The notes beneath the pieces were generated by a model. The model had not been told where the DNA came from. It did not search any database and saw only the letters and a program-made list of their open reading frames with translations. DNA of 56,522 bases from a virus (taxonomy: Duplodnaviria > Caudoviricetes): positions 1 through 56,522 of IMG/VR virus record IMGVR_UViG_3300032286_000468. One strand, 5' to 3'. Below are positions 9,168 through 17,386 of this stretch, in pieces (the stretch's first letter is position 1; each line of letters starts with the position of its first letter). The position numbers and the translations under genes were made by a program.

Positions 9168-11080
9168 GTTATATTTTTTAATTCATCAATTTGTCTTTGT
9201 TGATCTTTAACACATTCAATTAAGAGACCAATTAGACCATTATAATTTACAGTCTTGGGATCAGTATCACTTACAAGTTCTGGAAGAACTGATTCAATTT
9301 CTTGAGCGATGACACCCATAGATGCTTTGCCATTTTCTTTCCAGTTGAAATTTACTCCACTAATTTGAAGAACTTTTTCAATTGGATTTGTGATTCTTTG
9401 AATATTATCCTTCAATTTTATATCAGAACTGGAGTTAAAGTCACTAGCAGTTACAATTCCAACAACTTTAACGTCACCAATAATATCAAGTTTAGATGTT
9501 GGAGTAAGAGATCCAATACCTAAACAGTTAGTTGATGTATTATATACAAGTCCATTATTGTCAATATATTGTGCAGTTGTAGTAGTATTAGCACCAGAAG
9601 CAAGCAATGGATATCTAACTCCAGTATCATCTTGTGCAACGTTGATACCAGAAATTGCTCCACCAGTACCAACAATTGGTGCCCAAACAAGTTGACCACC
9701 TGCTCCTGCAGTAAGAACGGAACTAGCGGCACCAGTTTGTCCAGTATTATCAACAATTGCAGAACGGAATCTTGCATTACCATTAACATCTAATGGTGAT
9801 TGTGGGTTTGTGGTTCCAATACCAACTGAACCACCAATATAAGCACCAGAACTAATACCAGTTACTTGAAGAACTTGTCCGACAGTTCCTGTAGAAGTTC
9901 CACCACCAATTATAGTCGTAGATCTAAGTGTTGAGATTCCACTTACATTTAGTGAATCAAAATCATTTGGAGCAAATGCAAGTTCTCTTTCTAATGTTGC
10001 TCTTGTTGTAGCATCAATTGTCGCAATACCAGAAAGTGTAACCTGACCACTTATGGTGTCGTGAATTTTTGTAGTACCAACATAATAAGTTGCTGCAGTA
10101 TGAATACCAGCAGAGTTAATATTGGTATTAGTAATATTTGTAGCAGTAAGTGTTGGTAATATACCAACAGAAGTTAGAGAAGAGTTTAGAACTCCACCCC
10201 CTAATGTAGTTGAGTTAAGAACTGAAGTACCGTTAATCTCATAATCACTACTTGAGGATGCATTAAAACCATTAGCAGCAGTAATAATACCAGTTGCATT
10301 AATATTATTGACTGTAGTAATATTTCTTGCTCTAATATCTGTTGCATCAAGATAAGTATCAAAAACAGTAAATCCAGCACCAACAGTTAAACGACTTAGA
10401 TTCTGGACAGATGCGGTATTACCAATAGAAACACCATAGTTAAATACCCAAGCATCAGTGCCCATACCAGAGTAATTACCCTGCTTAACCCACATAATTT
10501 GCTTATATGTGGAAGGATCAGTATTGATTCCTGCCTGTAGTGGAATATTCAGGAATGGTGTTCCTTCTGTAGATGCAATAGCAATACCACCGTGATTTGC
10601 TGTTGTATCGTTTGAAATATCATTACCATTTGCATCAGTTGTAATACCAAGAGTAATATCTCTATCGGTAATTCTTAACTGTTGAGCATTCAGTGCGAAA
10701 GAAGTACCAGAAACACTAACGTTTCCCGAAACATTTAAGTTTCCAGTAATAGTAAGTCCATTTGATTGTGTAACGCGAGCAGCAGGAACTGTACCTGATG
10801 ATAGATTTGAAGCATTTGTATAATAAGTATCAGGTTGTCCGTTTAAGTAATTGGCATTTAAGTTTGTGACTAAGGCAGAAGAACCAACTGTAATTGGTGC
10901 CCCTGATGTTACAGTAGAAACAAATTGAGAGGCAGTAGTGACACCAGTGAAGTAACCATTACCTTCCACCCAAAGTTTTTGTAATGGGTTTGTGGTCCCA
11001 ATGCCTATGGCGGCAGCATTTAGAACATTTCTGCTATCATCAATGATGGGTATGGCATTACCTAAAATCTTATAAGCCAT
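9164..11080 (-). CDS. Tail fibre protein with C-terminal Peptidase_S74 intramolecular chaperone (638 aa)
   Basis: SSDIKLKDNI...GVNFNWK...GVIAQEIESVLPELV...VNYNGLIGLLIECVKDQQRQIDEL; VGIGTTNP repeats. Confidence 0.85.
   Translation of the reverse strand: MAYKILGNAIPIIDDSRNVLNAAAIGIGTTNPLQKLWVEGNGYFTGVTTASQFVSTVTSGAPITVGSSALVTNLNANYLNGQPDTYYTNASNLSSGTVPAARVTQSNGLTITGNLNVSGNVSVSGTSFALNAQQLRITDRDITLGITTDANGNDISNDTTANHGGIAIASTEGTPFLNIPLQAGINTDPSTYKQIMWVKQGNYSGMGTDAWVFNYGVSIGNTASVQNLSRLTVGAGFTVFDTYLDATDIRARNITTVNNINATGIITAANGFNASSSSDYEINGTSVLNSTTLGGGVLNSSLTSVGILPTLTATNITNTNINSAGIHTAATYYVGTTKIHDTISGQVTLSGIATIDATTRATLERELAFAPNDFDSLNVSGISTLRSTTIIGGGTSTGTVGQVLQVTGISSGAYIGGSVGIGTTNPQSPLDVNGNARFRSAIVDNTGQTGAASSVLTAGAGGQLVWAPIVGTGGAISGINVAQDDTGVRYPLLASGANTTTTAQYIDNNGLVYNTSTNCLGIGSLTPTSKLDIIGDVKVVGIVTASDFNSSSDIKLKDNIQRITNPIEKVLQISGVNFNWKENGKASMGVIAQEIESVLPELVSDTDPKTVNYNGLIGLLIECVKDQQRQIDELKNIT
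9831..9910. repeat. Dispersed direct repeat D, copy 1 (copy 2 at 12157-12236)
   Basis: ccaccaatataagcaccagaactaataccagt is shared exactly; both copies encode IGGGTSTGTxxQVxQVTGISSGAYIGG. Confidence 0.75.
10792..10890. repeat. Dispersed direct repeat A, copy 2
   Basis: 97/99 identical to 6065-6163. Confidence 0.85.
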
Positions 11081-11126
11081 ATTAGGAGATCCTCTTCTTT
11101 GTGAACGTAGTTACACTTTCTTCTTT

Positions 11127-11133
11127 TATTTAT
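11127..11133 (-). promoter_or_regulatory. Late promoter ATAAATA overlapping the stop codon of the 1254-aa gene
   Basis: About 45 bp upstream of the ATG at 11080. Confidence 0.55.
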
Positions 11134-14100
11134 GTATCGTTTAGTTTTGATTTCAAATTTTCTATTTCTTGTTTTAATTCTTTAATAGACTCAACTAAGA
11201 CACCGATGAGACCATTATAATTTACAGTTTTAAAATCACCATCACGAACTAATTCCGGAAAAACTTTTTCAACATCTTGAGCAATAATGCCAGCAGATTG
11301 TGAGTTGGTTTTCTTCCATTCAAAGGTGACACCATTAATTTGAATTACTTTATCTAGTGCATTTTCAAAAGGTTTGATATTCTTCTTTAGATTCATATCA
11401 GAGGCAGAATCATAATCAGTAGCAGTGATGATTCCAGATATTAAAGCATTTCCTTGGACATGCAATTTAGATGTTGGATTTGTGGTTCCAATACCAAGAT
11501 TACCAGAAACATAAGCACCACCAGTAACTTGAAGTATTTGTGATGCGGTTCCTGTTGATGTTGCTGTTCCTACTAATAATTCTCCTGATGGTTGAATTAC
11601 TGCTTTTGTTGCTCCTGCGATTCTGAAAAGTATATTTTCTTGTTGATTAGAATCAACTATTAATGATTTTGAATTTGATGGTGTGGATTCACTATAAACA
11701 AAGTTACCGCTACTAGTTCCATAAAGTTTTATTCCTTGGACATTATTAATATTTCTTTGTGCAAAAATTGCTGCTGTTCCATCACCAATAAAAGTAGAAA
11801 CACCAGAAACTAACACATTACCTTGAACTGTAAGTGCTGATGTTGGATTGGTGGTTCCAATACCAACAGAACCAGAAACATAAGCACCACCATCAACTTG
11901 AAGTTTTTGTGATGCGGTTCCTGTTGGAGTAAAAGTACCAGGAATAACAAGATTACCAGTACCATACAATCTCATCCTGGAACCACTACTGTTAGTCCAA
12001 CTAAAATCATCATTCGTAGAACTATTACTAAAAACTAATTCATTATTTTGATATATTTGACTATATCTACCTGTAGATGATTTGTTGATTAATCTAATTG
12101 TTCCAATACCAACATCCAACGCATCTTGTGGATTAGTATTACCAATACCAAGATTACCACCAATATAAGCACCAGAACTAATACCAGTAACTTGAAATAC
12201 TTGGTTTGCAGTTCCTGTGGAAGTTCCACCACCAATCAAAGTCGTTGACTGAAGTGTTGATATGCCAGAGATATTTAAACTTGTGAAGTCATTAGGTGCC
12301 TGTTGAATAGCAGTTTCAATTGTTGCTGTTGTTGTAGCATCAAGAGAAGCAATATTTTGTAATTGTCTTGCGGAACTAATGACTTGGGTTGTTCCAATAT
12401 AATATGCGTTAGAAGTTACAATACCAGAAACGGATATATTAGTTGCTGTTAAGAAACCAACTGTTGTTATGCCAGAAACATTAAGTTGTTGTGCTGTTAA
12501 GTTTGTGGCGGTGGTGATACCAAGAGTAGAGATACCAGAAACTAAAACATTTCCAATAACTGTAAGTGCTGATGTTGGAGTTGTAGTTCCAATACCAAGA
12601 TTAGTTCCAGAGTTAATAGTAACAGTACCAACACCAGCAGTTGGTCCAATATTAATTTGAGTAAAAGAACCAGAAGCACCACCAGTACCAAAGTTGATTG
12701 TCTTGGTTGTTCCTACACCTGATGTGCCAGTAGCAAGGTTAAGTGTTTGAGATGTTGTTGCTTGTCCTACTGTAATGGTTCCAGTTTGTGATGGACCACC
12801 AATTGTAACTGTACCTGTAGTATATGATGTAGCAGTAAAGTTTTGAGTGGTTCCAGTATGAGTAATGTTGCCACTACTAACAGTAATGTTCCCACTGAAT
12901 GTTTGCGATAAACCAAGAACTGCTACTGTATCAGTTGTAGTGATTACAGGCAAGTTGAGAATTCTATCTGCAGCAATAGCACCACCAGTAATTGTATAAC
13001 CAAAAGTGTTTGCTGGGTTTCTTATCTTTAATCCAGAGGATTGAAAGGTTCCAACACCAGAAACATTCAAATTTGGAGTGCTGATTGTAGTATCAGTAAC
13101 TTGCATTCCTCCAGCAGCAAGTCTTACCCCATTAGGTACTCGTGTGCTTCCAACGCCAACAGCATAATTAAATAACCAAGCATCAGTAATTCCCGCACCG
13201 ATACTACTACCTTTAAACCACATAATTTTCTTATATGTGGATGGGTTGGTTTCTTCGGGAACAATGTTTAAATCTACAAGTGGGGAACCTTCTGTGGATG
13301 CAATCGCAATACCACCGTGATTTGCAGTATTATCTGTTGGACTAAAAGAAGTTCCAATACCTAATACAATGTCAGCATCAACAATCTGCAATTGTTGTAG
13401 ATTCAGTTGTGTTGCCGTGCCACCGAAAGAAATATTATTACTTACATATAAATCACCAAGAACACTAAAACTATTTGAATTTAATAATCTATCTTTATTA
13501 ATAAATCCAGTAGTGATATTAGCAGCATCTGCAAGATTGGTTGCGGTTGTTGCTGTGCCAGTAAGATTTCCAATAAATGTAGTTGCAGTAACAACACCAG
13601 AAACTTTTACATCACCATCAACCCAAAGTTTTGATGTTGGATTTGTGGTTCCTATACCTGTATTACCTGGGAATATTGCACTAGAATCTGGATTAAATTC
13701 CCATTCTATTTGTGGACTAATGCCTGTTCTAATAACTAATGAACCGTCATGATCTACCCTTATATGTTTGGTATCATCGCCTAGTATTAGATCATAGGTA
13801 CTGTTATCTGGTGAATCAATGTGTATATGAGTTGAAACATCTCCATCTCTAAGTCTTATGTATCTACCAATGTCATAAGAATTTTGACCTCCTGCTAATT
13901 TTAACTCTCCTTGACCGATAATAGCACCAGGGACGGTGAATGTACCACTTTTATTCCAAAGCCAAGATTTATATTGTTGATTATTACTTCCGTCTTTATA
14001 ACCAATATCAAGGGTAGCATTGCCACTTGATACATAAAAATCAGTGTTTGTATTGCCGTATATATCTGCTGTTGATTGGTCAGTAACATGTGACCACATC

Positions 14101-14894
14101 AACTGTGAATATTGATCGCTTTGTAGTGTAATGCTTTGACTAACTGGTGCTAGAATTAAACTATTAGGAAATTGTGTGCTACCATCTTTTCTAAATGTCC
14201 ATTCATAGGAACCAGTGGTTGATCCATAACCTGTTCCTATGAAAACATAATTGTCATCAACCTGAAGGTATTGTTGTAGATTATTGCTGGTAATAATAGC
14301 ATATTGATTGGCGCCAGATTTTAATCCAAATCCACCATCACTATATGGGTCACCCAGTAATCCACCACTATAAAAATTTATTGAAGTTGTAGTTATAATG
14401 CCAGATATATTAACATTACCAAAAACATCAAGTTTTGCTTTTGGAGTTACTGTTCCTATTCCAGTATTACCAGATACGGTTAAAATGTCATCAATATTTG
14501 TTGTTCCGCTCTGTGAATTTAATTCTAAATTCCCTGAAGTACTATAAATTAAATTTGCAGAACCTACACCAAGTTCTAGATCGTGAGCATCTACACCACC
14601 ATCAAATGTACCTTTACCAAGAAAATTAGCATTTCTCCAACGATTTGCTCCTAATCCAATTTGTGGTGCTCTACCTACATCATACAACCCATCAGTGTCT
14701 GGATATAAATTTGCACCAAGAGTTACATTGCCAGAAAATCGTGAAGTACCACGAATGTCTAAATCATATTGAGCATCAAAAACTGTTGAACCAATTCCTA
14801 CACGACCAATAACTCCCAATACTTGTGTATTTTCGCTATAAGAAGTTATACCAATTTTTAGATTTTTTTGTCTGCCGCTTAGGAATTTGGTCAT
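11130..14894 (-). CDS. Long tail fibre protein with C-terminal Peptidase_S74 chaperone (1254 aa)
   Basis: SASDMNLKKNI...GVTFEWK...GIIAQDVEKVFPELV...VNYNGLIGVLVESIKELKQEI; VGIGTTNP repeats. Confidence 0.85.
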   Translation of the reverse strand: MTKFLSGRQKNLKIGITSYSENTQVLGVIGRVGIGSTVFDAQYDLDIRGTSRFSGNVTLGANLYPDTDGLYDVGRAPQIGLGANRWRNANFLGKGTFDGGVDAHDLELGVGSANLIYSTSGNLELNSQSGTTNIDDILTVSGNTGIGTVTPKAKLDVFGNVNISGIITTTSINFYSGGLLGDPYSDGGFGLKSGANQYAIITSNNLQQYLQVDDNYVFIGTGYGSTTGSYEWTFRKDGSTQFPNSLILAPVSQSITLQSDQYSQLMWSHVTDQSTADIYGNTNTDFYVSSGNATLDIGYKDGSNNQQYKSWLWNKSGTFTVPGAIIGQGELKLAGGQNSYDIGRYIRLRDGDVSTHIHIDSPDNSTYDLILGDDTKHIRVDHDGSLVIRTGISPQIEWEFNPDSSAIFPGNTGIGTTNPTSKLWVDGDVKVSGVVTATTFIGNLTGTATTATNLADAANITTGFINKDRLLNSNSFSVLGDLYVSNNISFGGTATQLNLQQLQIVDADIVLGIGTSFSPTDNTANHGGIAIASTEGSPLVDLNIVPEETNPSTYKKIMWFKGSSIGAGITDAWLFNYAVGVGSTRVPNGVRLAAGGMQVTDTTISTPNLNVSGVGTFQSSGLKIRNPANTFGYTITGGAIAADRILNLPVITTTDTVAVLGLSQTFSGNITVSSGNITHTGTTQNFTATSYTTGTVTIGGPSQTGTITVGQATTSQTLNLATGTSGVGTTKTINFGTGGASGSFTQINIGPTAGVGTVTINSGTNLGIGTTTPTSALTVIGNVLVSGISTLGITTATNLTAQQLNVSGITTVGFLTATNISVSGIVTSNAYYIGTTQVISSARQLQNIASLDATTTATIETAIQQAPNDFTSLNISGISTLQSTTLIGGGTSTGTANQVFQVTGISSGAYIGGNLGIGNTNPQDALDVGIGTIRLINKSSTGRYSQIYQNNELVFSNSSTNDDFSWTNSSGSRMRLYGTGNLVIPGTFTPTGTASQKLQVDGGAYVSGSVGIGTTNPTSALTVQGNVLVSGVSTFIGDGTAAIFAQRNINNVQGIKLYGTSSGNFVYSESTPSNSKSLIVDSNQQENILFRIAGATKAVIQPSGELLVGTATSTGTASQILQVTGGAYVSGNLGIGTTNPTSKLHVQGNALISGIITATDYDSASDMNLKKNIKPFENALDKVIQINGVTFEWKKTNSQSAGIIAQDVEKVFPELVRDGDFKTVNYNGLIGVLVESIKELKQEIENLKSKLNDT
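11488..11579. repeat. Dispersed direct repeat C, copy 2
   Basis: Matches 6901-6992. Confidence 0.8.
12157..12236. repeat. Dispersed direct repeat D, copy 2
   Basis: Matches 9831-9910. Confidence 0.75.
12601..12719. repeat. Dispersed direct repeat B, copy 2
   Basis: 115/119 identical to 6994-7112. Confidence 0.85.
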
Positions 14895-14904
14895 TTTTTA
14901 TATA

Positions 14905-15246
14905 TTAATTAAGTGTTTCTAGAATACTACCAATAAATTTAATATCAGTTCCACTACTCGCAGATAAAACAAGAATATCACTAGATTCTAATACCAGTTT
15001 GCCTGAAAGTAAATTTGCTGTGTCATTTGAAGAAATGGGAAATGTCTTTACAATTTCTGTTGTTACTGCAATTCCCGCAGTTGATCTTTGGTGGGAAAAA
15101 GAAACCGTTTGTGTATTGTTGCCAATATTTGTTGCCTGTGCAAGAAGAACTACTGCAGTATATCCAACTGGTGCAGTATAAATTCCTACCGCATTTGTAG
15201 TAGCAACTTTGGTAACTGTTTTAAATACATTGAGTGCTAATGCCAT
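14905..15246 (-). CDS. Small beta-rich hypothetical virion or fibre-associated protein (113 aa)
   Basis: Tightly packed between fibre genes; IYTAPVG and KLVLESSD motifs resemble small phage fibre-cluster proteins. Confidence 0.6.
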   Translation of the reverse strand: MALALNVFKTVTKVATTNAVGIYTAPVGYTAVVLLAQATNIGNNTQTVSFSHQRSTAGIAVTTEIVKTFPISSNDTANLLSGKLVLESSDILVLSASSGTDIKFIGSILETLN

Positions 15247-15249
15247 TTC

Positions 15250-17103
15250 TTATTCTCCTCCTAGTGCTAGAATGAATGGTGTCATTGTTGAAAATAAACT
15301 CTTTGAATAAAATCTACCAGAAATAGTTCCTGATTGTTGATTAATCGCAACACCATCACCAATTCTAAAATTGCCAGATTGGTCGGTGGATGTAAAAACT
15401 ACAAGACCACCATTGCGAGCATCAGTTTCATTGTCTTGTATTGGAACTCCACCAGTAGAAGGAAGAGCAGTTGAAATAGTAACTCCAGATCCAATATATT
15501 CAAATGAATGACCAGATGCTAATACTCTACTTTGTTTGAAGAATGGAACCGTAGTTCCAACACCAACAGCATATGGAACATTATCGTTCAGTGTAATTGT
15601 ACAAATTCCAGCAGAAATTGGTGTTGAACTCTTAATTGTATAATAAGTGGGTAATAATCCAATAGATGCTATAGCAGTATTTATTCCAACATTTGGGGCG
15701 CTAATTTGAACCGCAGGAATTGAACTGTAACCACGACCATTAGATATAATTTCAAATCCAGTTACAGTTCCATTTGATATAACCGCAACTGCCTGCGCCT
15801 GAACGCCCCAAGATGTGCTTGGGGGATCAATAGTGACTGTTGGGGTAGATGTGTAACCTGTTCCACCAGAACCCACTACGATACGATTTACTGTGTAAAA
15901 TAGACTGTCCAAATAAATTGCTTGTCCGTCATATGGACGGGATACACTAATATTTGCCGTACCACCAGAAACATAAGTATGAGGTAACGTTGATGGTCCA
16001 ACATTCACAACAAGTTGATTTGCTGATGGAACTGATTGAACTTCAAAACCATAACCAAAGTTTCCACTCGGATAAGTTACAATACCAGGTCCAGATGGGC
16101 AAGTAAATCCAAGTCCAGCAATTACAACTCCCATTCCAACAGAAAAGTTGTGATTTGTAGAAGTAGTGATTGTCGTAACACCACTTATATTATCATAAGT
16201 TGCATTTGAAACATTAAAAGTTGGTACACTCAAGTTCAAAATAAAGGTATCGCTATTCGCACTTGCATAAGAAGTTATTATTCCAGTATATTTGCTTGGT
16301 CCCACACCATCACCAACCAATCCATAATTTCCAAATGATGAGTTTGAGTTAGTTAAATCGCAGGCACCACCACTTCCGCAATATACTGCTACGTCATTAC
16401 AAATTGTAAAGAGTGATACTAATTGAGCATAACCTTCATTGGTAATTGAAACCCCAATGCCACCTTGATTATATTGAGTATAGCTATCAAGAACCATAGA
16501 CTTTATAGGTCCAATTGCATTCTTACCATCAATTTTCAATCCAATACTATTTGGAATAAAGTTAGTACAGTTTTGAATATATGGAGATTGATTGATGTAT
16601 TTTGGAGCAGTTGGATTAAATGCAAAGATGGCACCAGTATTTGCTGCACCCACAAAGGACATATTGGAAACATAATTTCCATTTCCAACATAAAATAAGT
16701 CCCCTTGATTTTGCAAAGAAACTGAAACTTCTCTTAAACTATCTCCAACAATACTTACTTGATCCGGAAGTGTAATTGGATTATTTTCTACATAAGATCC
16801 AGGAGAAACCCTAATAACTGTGCTTGTTGTTGCAACTGCAACTGCTCCTGCAATTGTTGCTTTTGCATCTCCAAGTCTTCTTCCTGTGTTTGTGTCGCTT
16901 CCGTCTCTTGTGACATATAAAATATTAGTAACAGTGGATCCAGCACCCAATCTTATGATGTCTGTTCCTATACCAGTTCTTTCTCGTCTGGTATAAAGTT
17001 CAGCATCATAAGTATTAAGACCTAATTCTCCTAGTTGTATATCCGCAAGACCCGGAAGTTTTCCAGGCACAGAGGATCTTTTTATCCTAATCGGTGTGCT
17101 CAT
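15250..17103 (-). CDS. Virion structural protein with Mtd_N-like N-terminus and pectin-lyase-like beta-helix (617 aa)
   Basis: IRIKRSSVPGKLP...LGELGLNTYD; ILYVTRDGSDTNTG...ATIAGA...VSPGSYVENNP...SIVGDSLR; paralog of the 2289-aa protein. Confidence 0.65.
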   Translation of the reverse strand: MSTPIRIKRSSVPGKLPGLADIQLGELGLNTYDAELYTRRERTGIGTDIIRLGAGSTVTNILYVTRDGSDTNTGRRLGDAKATIAGAVAVATTSTVIRVSPGSYVENNPITLPDQVSIVGDSLREVSVSLQNQGDLFYVGNGNYVSNMSFVGAANTGAIFAFNPTAPKYINQSPYIQNCTNFIPNSIGLKIDGKNAIGPIKSMVLDSYTQYNQGGIGVSITNEGYAQLVSLFTICNDVAVYCGSGGACDLTNSNSSFGNYGLVGDGVGPSKYTGIITSYASANSDTFILNLSVPTFNVSNATYDNISGVTTITTSTNHNFSVGMGVVIAGLGFTCPSGPGIVTYPSGNFGYGFEVQSVPSANQLVVNVGPSTLPHTYVSGGTANISVSRPYDGQAIYLDSLFYTVNRIVVGSGGTGYTSTPTVTIDPPSTSWGVQAQAVAVISNGTVTGFEIISNGRGYSSIPAVQISAPNVGINTAIASIGLLPTYYTIKSSTPISAGICTITLNDNVPYAVGVGTTVPFFKQSRVLASGHSFEYIGSGVTISTALPSTGGVPIQDNETDARNGGLVVFTSTDQSGNFRIGDGVAINQQSGTISGRFYSKSLFSTMTPFILALGGE

Positions 17104-17124
17104 TTATAGATTTCGGTATTTACC

Positions 17125-17151
17125 AAAAAAGAGGGATATATACCCCTCTTT
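17125..17151 (-). terminator. Rho-independent terminator-like hairpin
   Basis: Minus strand reads AAAGAGGG-GTATATAT-CCCTCTTT followed by TTT, directly after the micro-gene stop codon. Confidence 0.6.
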
Positions 17152-17159
17152 ATTTATTA
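17151..17159 (-). promoter_or_regulatory. Late promoter TAATAAATA abutting the 5' arm of the hairpin
   Basis: About 48 bp upstream of the ATG at 17103. Confidence 0.6.
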
Positions 17160-17324
17160 CTATTCTTCTTCCTTTTGATTTACTAAACTCAATGCTTCAA
17201 GAGCTCCTTGTATGCGAATAAATTGCTCTTTTTTCATATTAAATTGTTGTTCTAAATCAATCAAATCTTTTTTTAGAACCTCTGCTTGATTGCTCAAGTC
17301 TTCAAACATTTTTTGCGAATCCAT
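17160..17324 (-). CDS. Small coiled-coil hypothetical protein (54 aa; alternative in-frame ATG at 17333)
   Basis: Not in the ORF track: MDSQKMFEDLSNQAEVLKKDLIDLEQQFNMKKEQFIRIQGALEALSLVNQKEEE*. Fills the intergenic gap and shows a heptad pattern. Confidence 0.7.
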   Translation of the reverse strand: MDSQKMFEDLSNQAEVLKKDLIDLEQQFNMKKEQFIRIQGALEALSLVNQKEEE

Positions 17325-17355
17325 AAGTGTCATTTAAATTGTATACACACTATAT

Positions 17356-17384
17356 ATTTTAAACTAAATAATAAAAAAAGTCAA
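17356..17384 (-). promoter_or_regulatory. Sigma70-like early promoter TTGACT-N17-TAAAAT
   Basis: -35 at 17384-17379, -10 at 17361-17356, 17-bp spacer. The AT-rich context lowers certainty. Confidence 0.5.
17364..17370 (+). promoter_or_regulatory. Late promoter CTAAATA for the plus-strand PA14 gene
   Basis: 16 bp upstream of the ATG at 17387. Confidence 0.6.
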
Positions 17385-17386
17385 AA

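Noticed and set aside
6065-12719. Repeat pairs as the TR/VR of a diversity-generating retroelement
   Set aside because: No reverse transcriptase in the window, both copies lie inside coding sequence mid-gene, and the few mismatches are not restricted to adenines of one copy.
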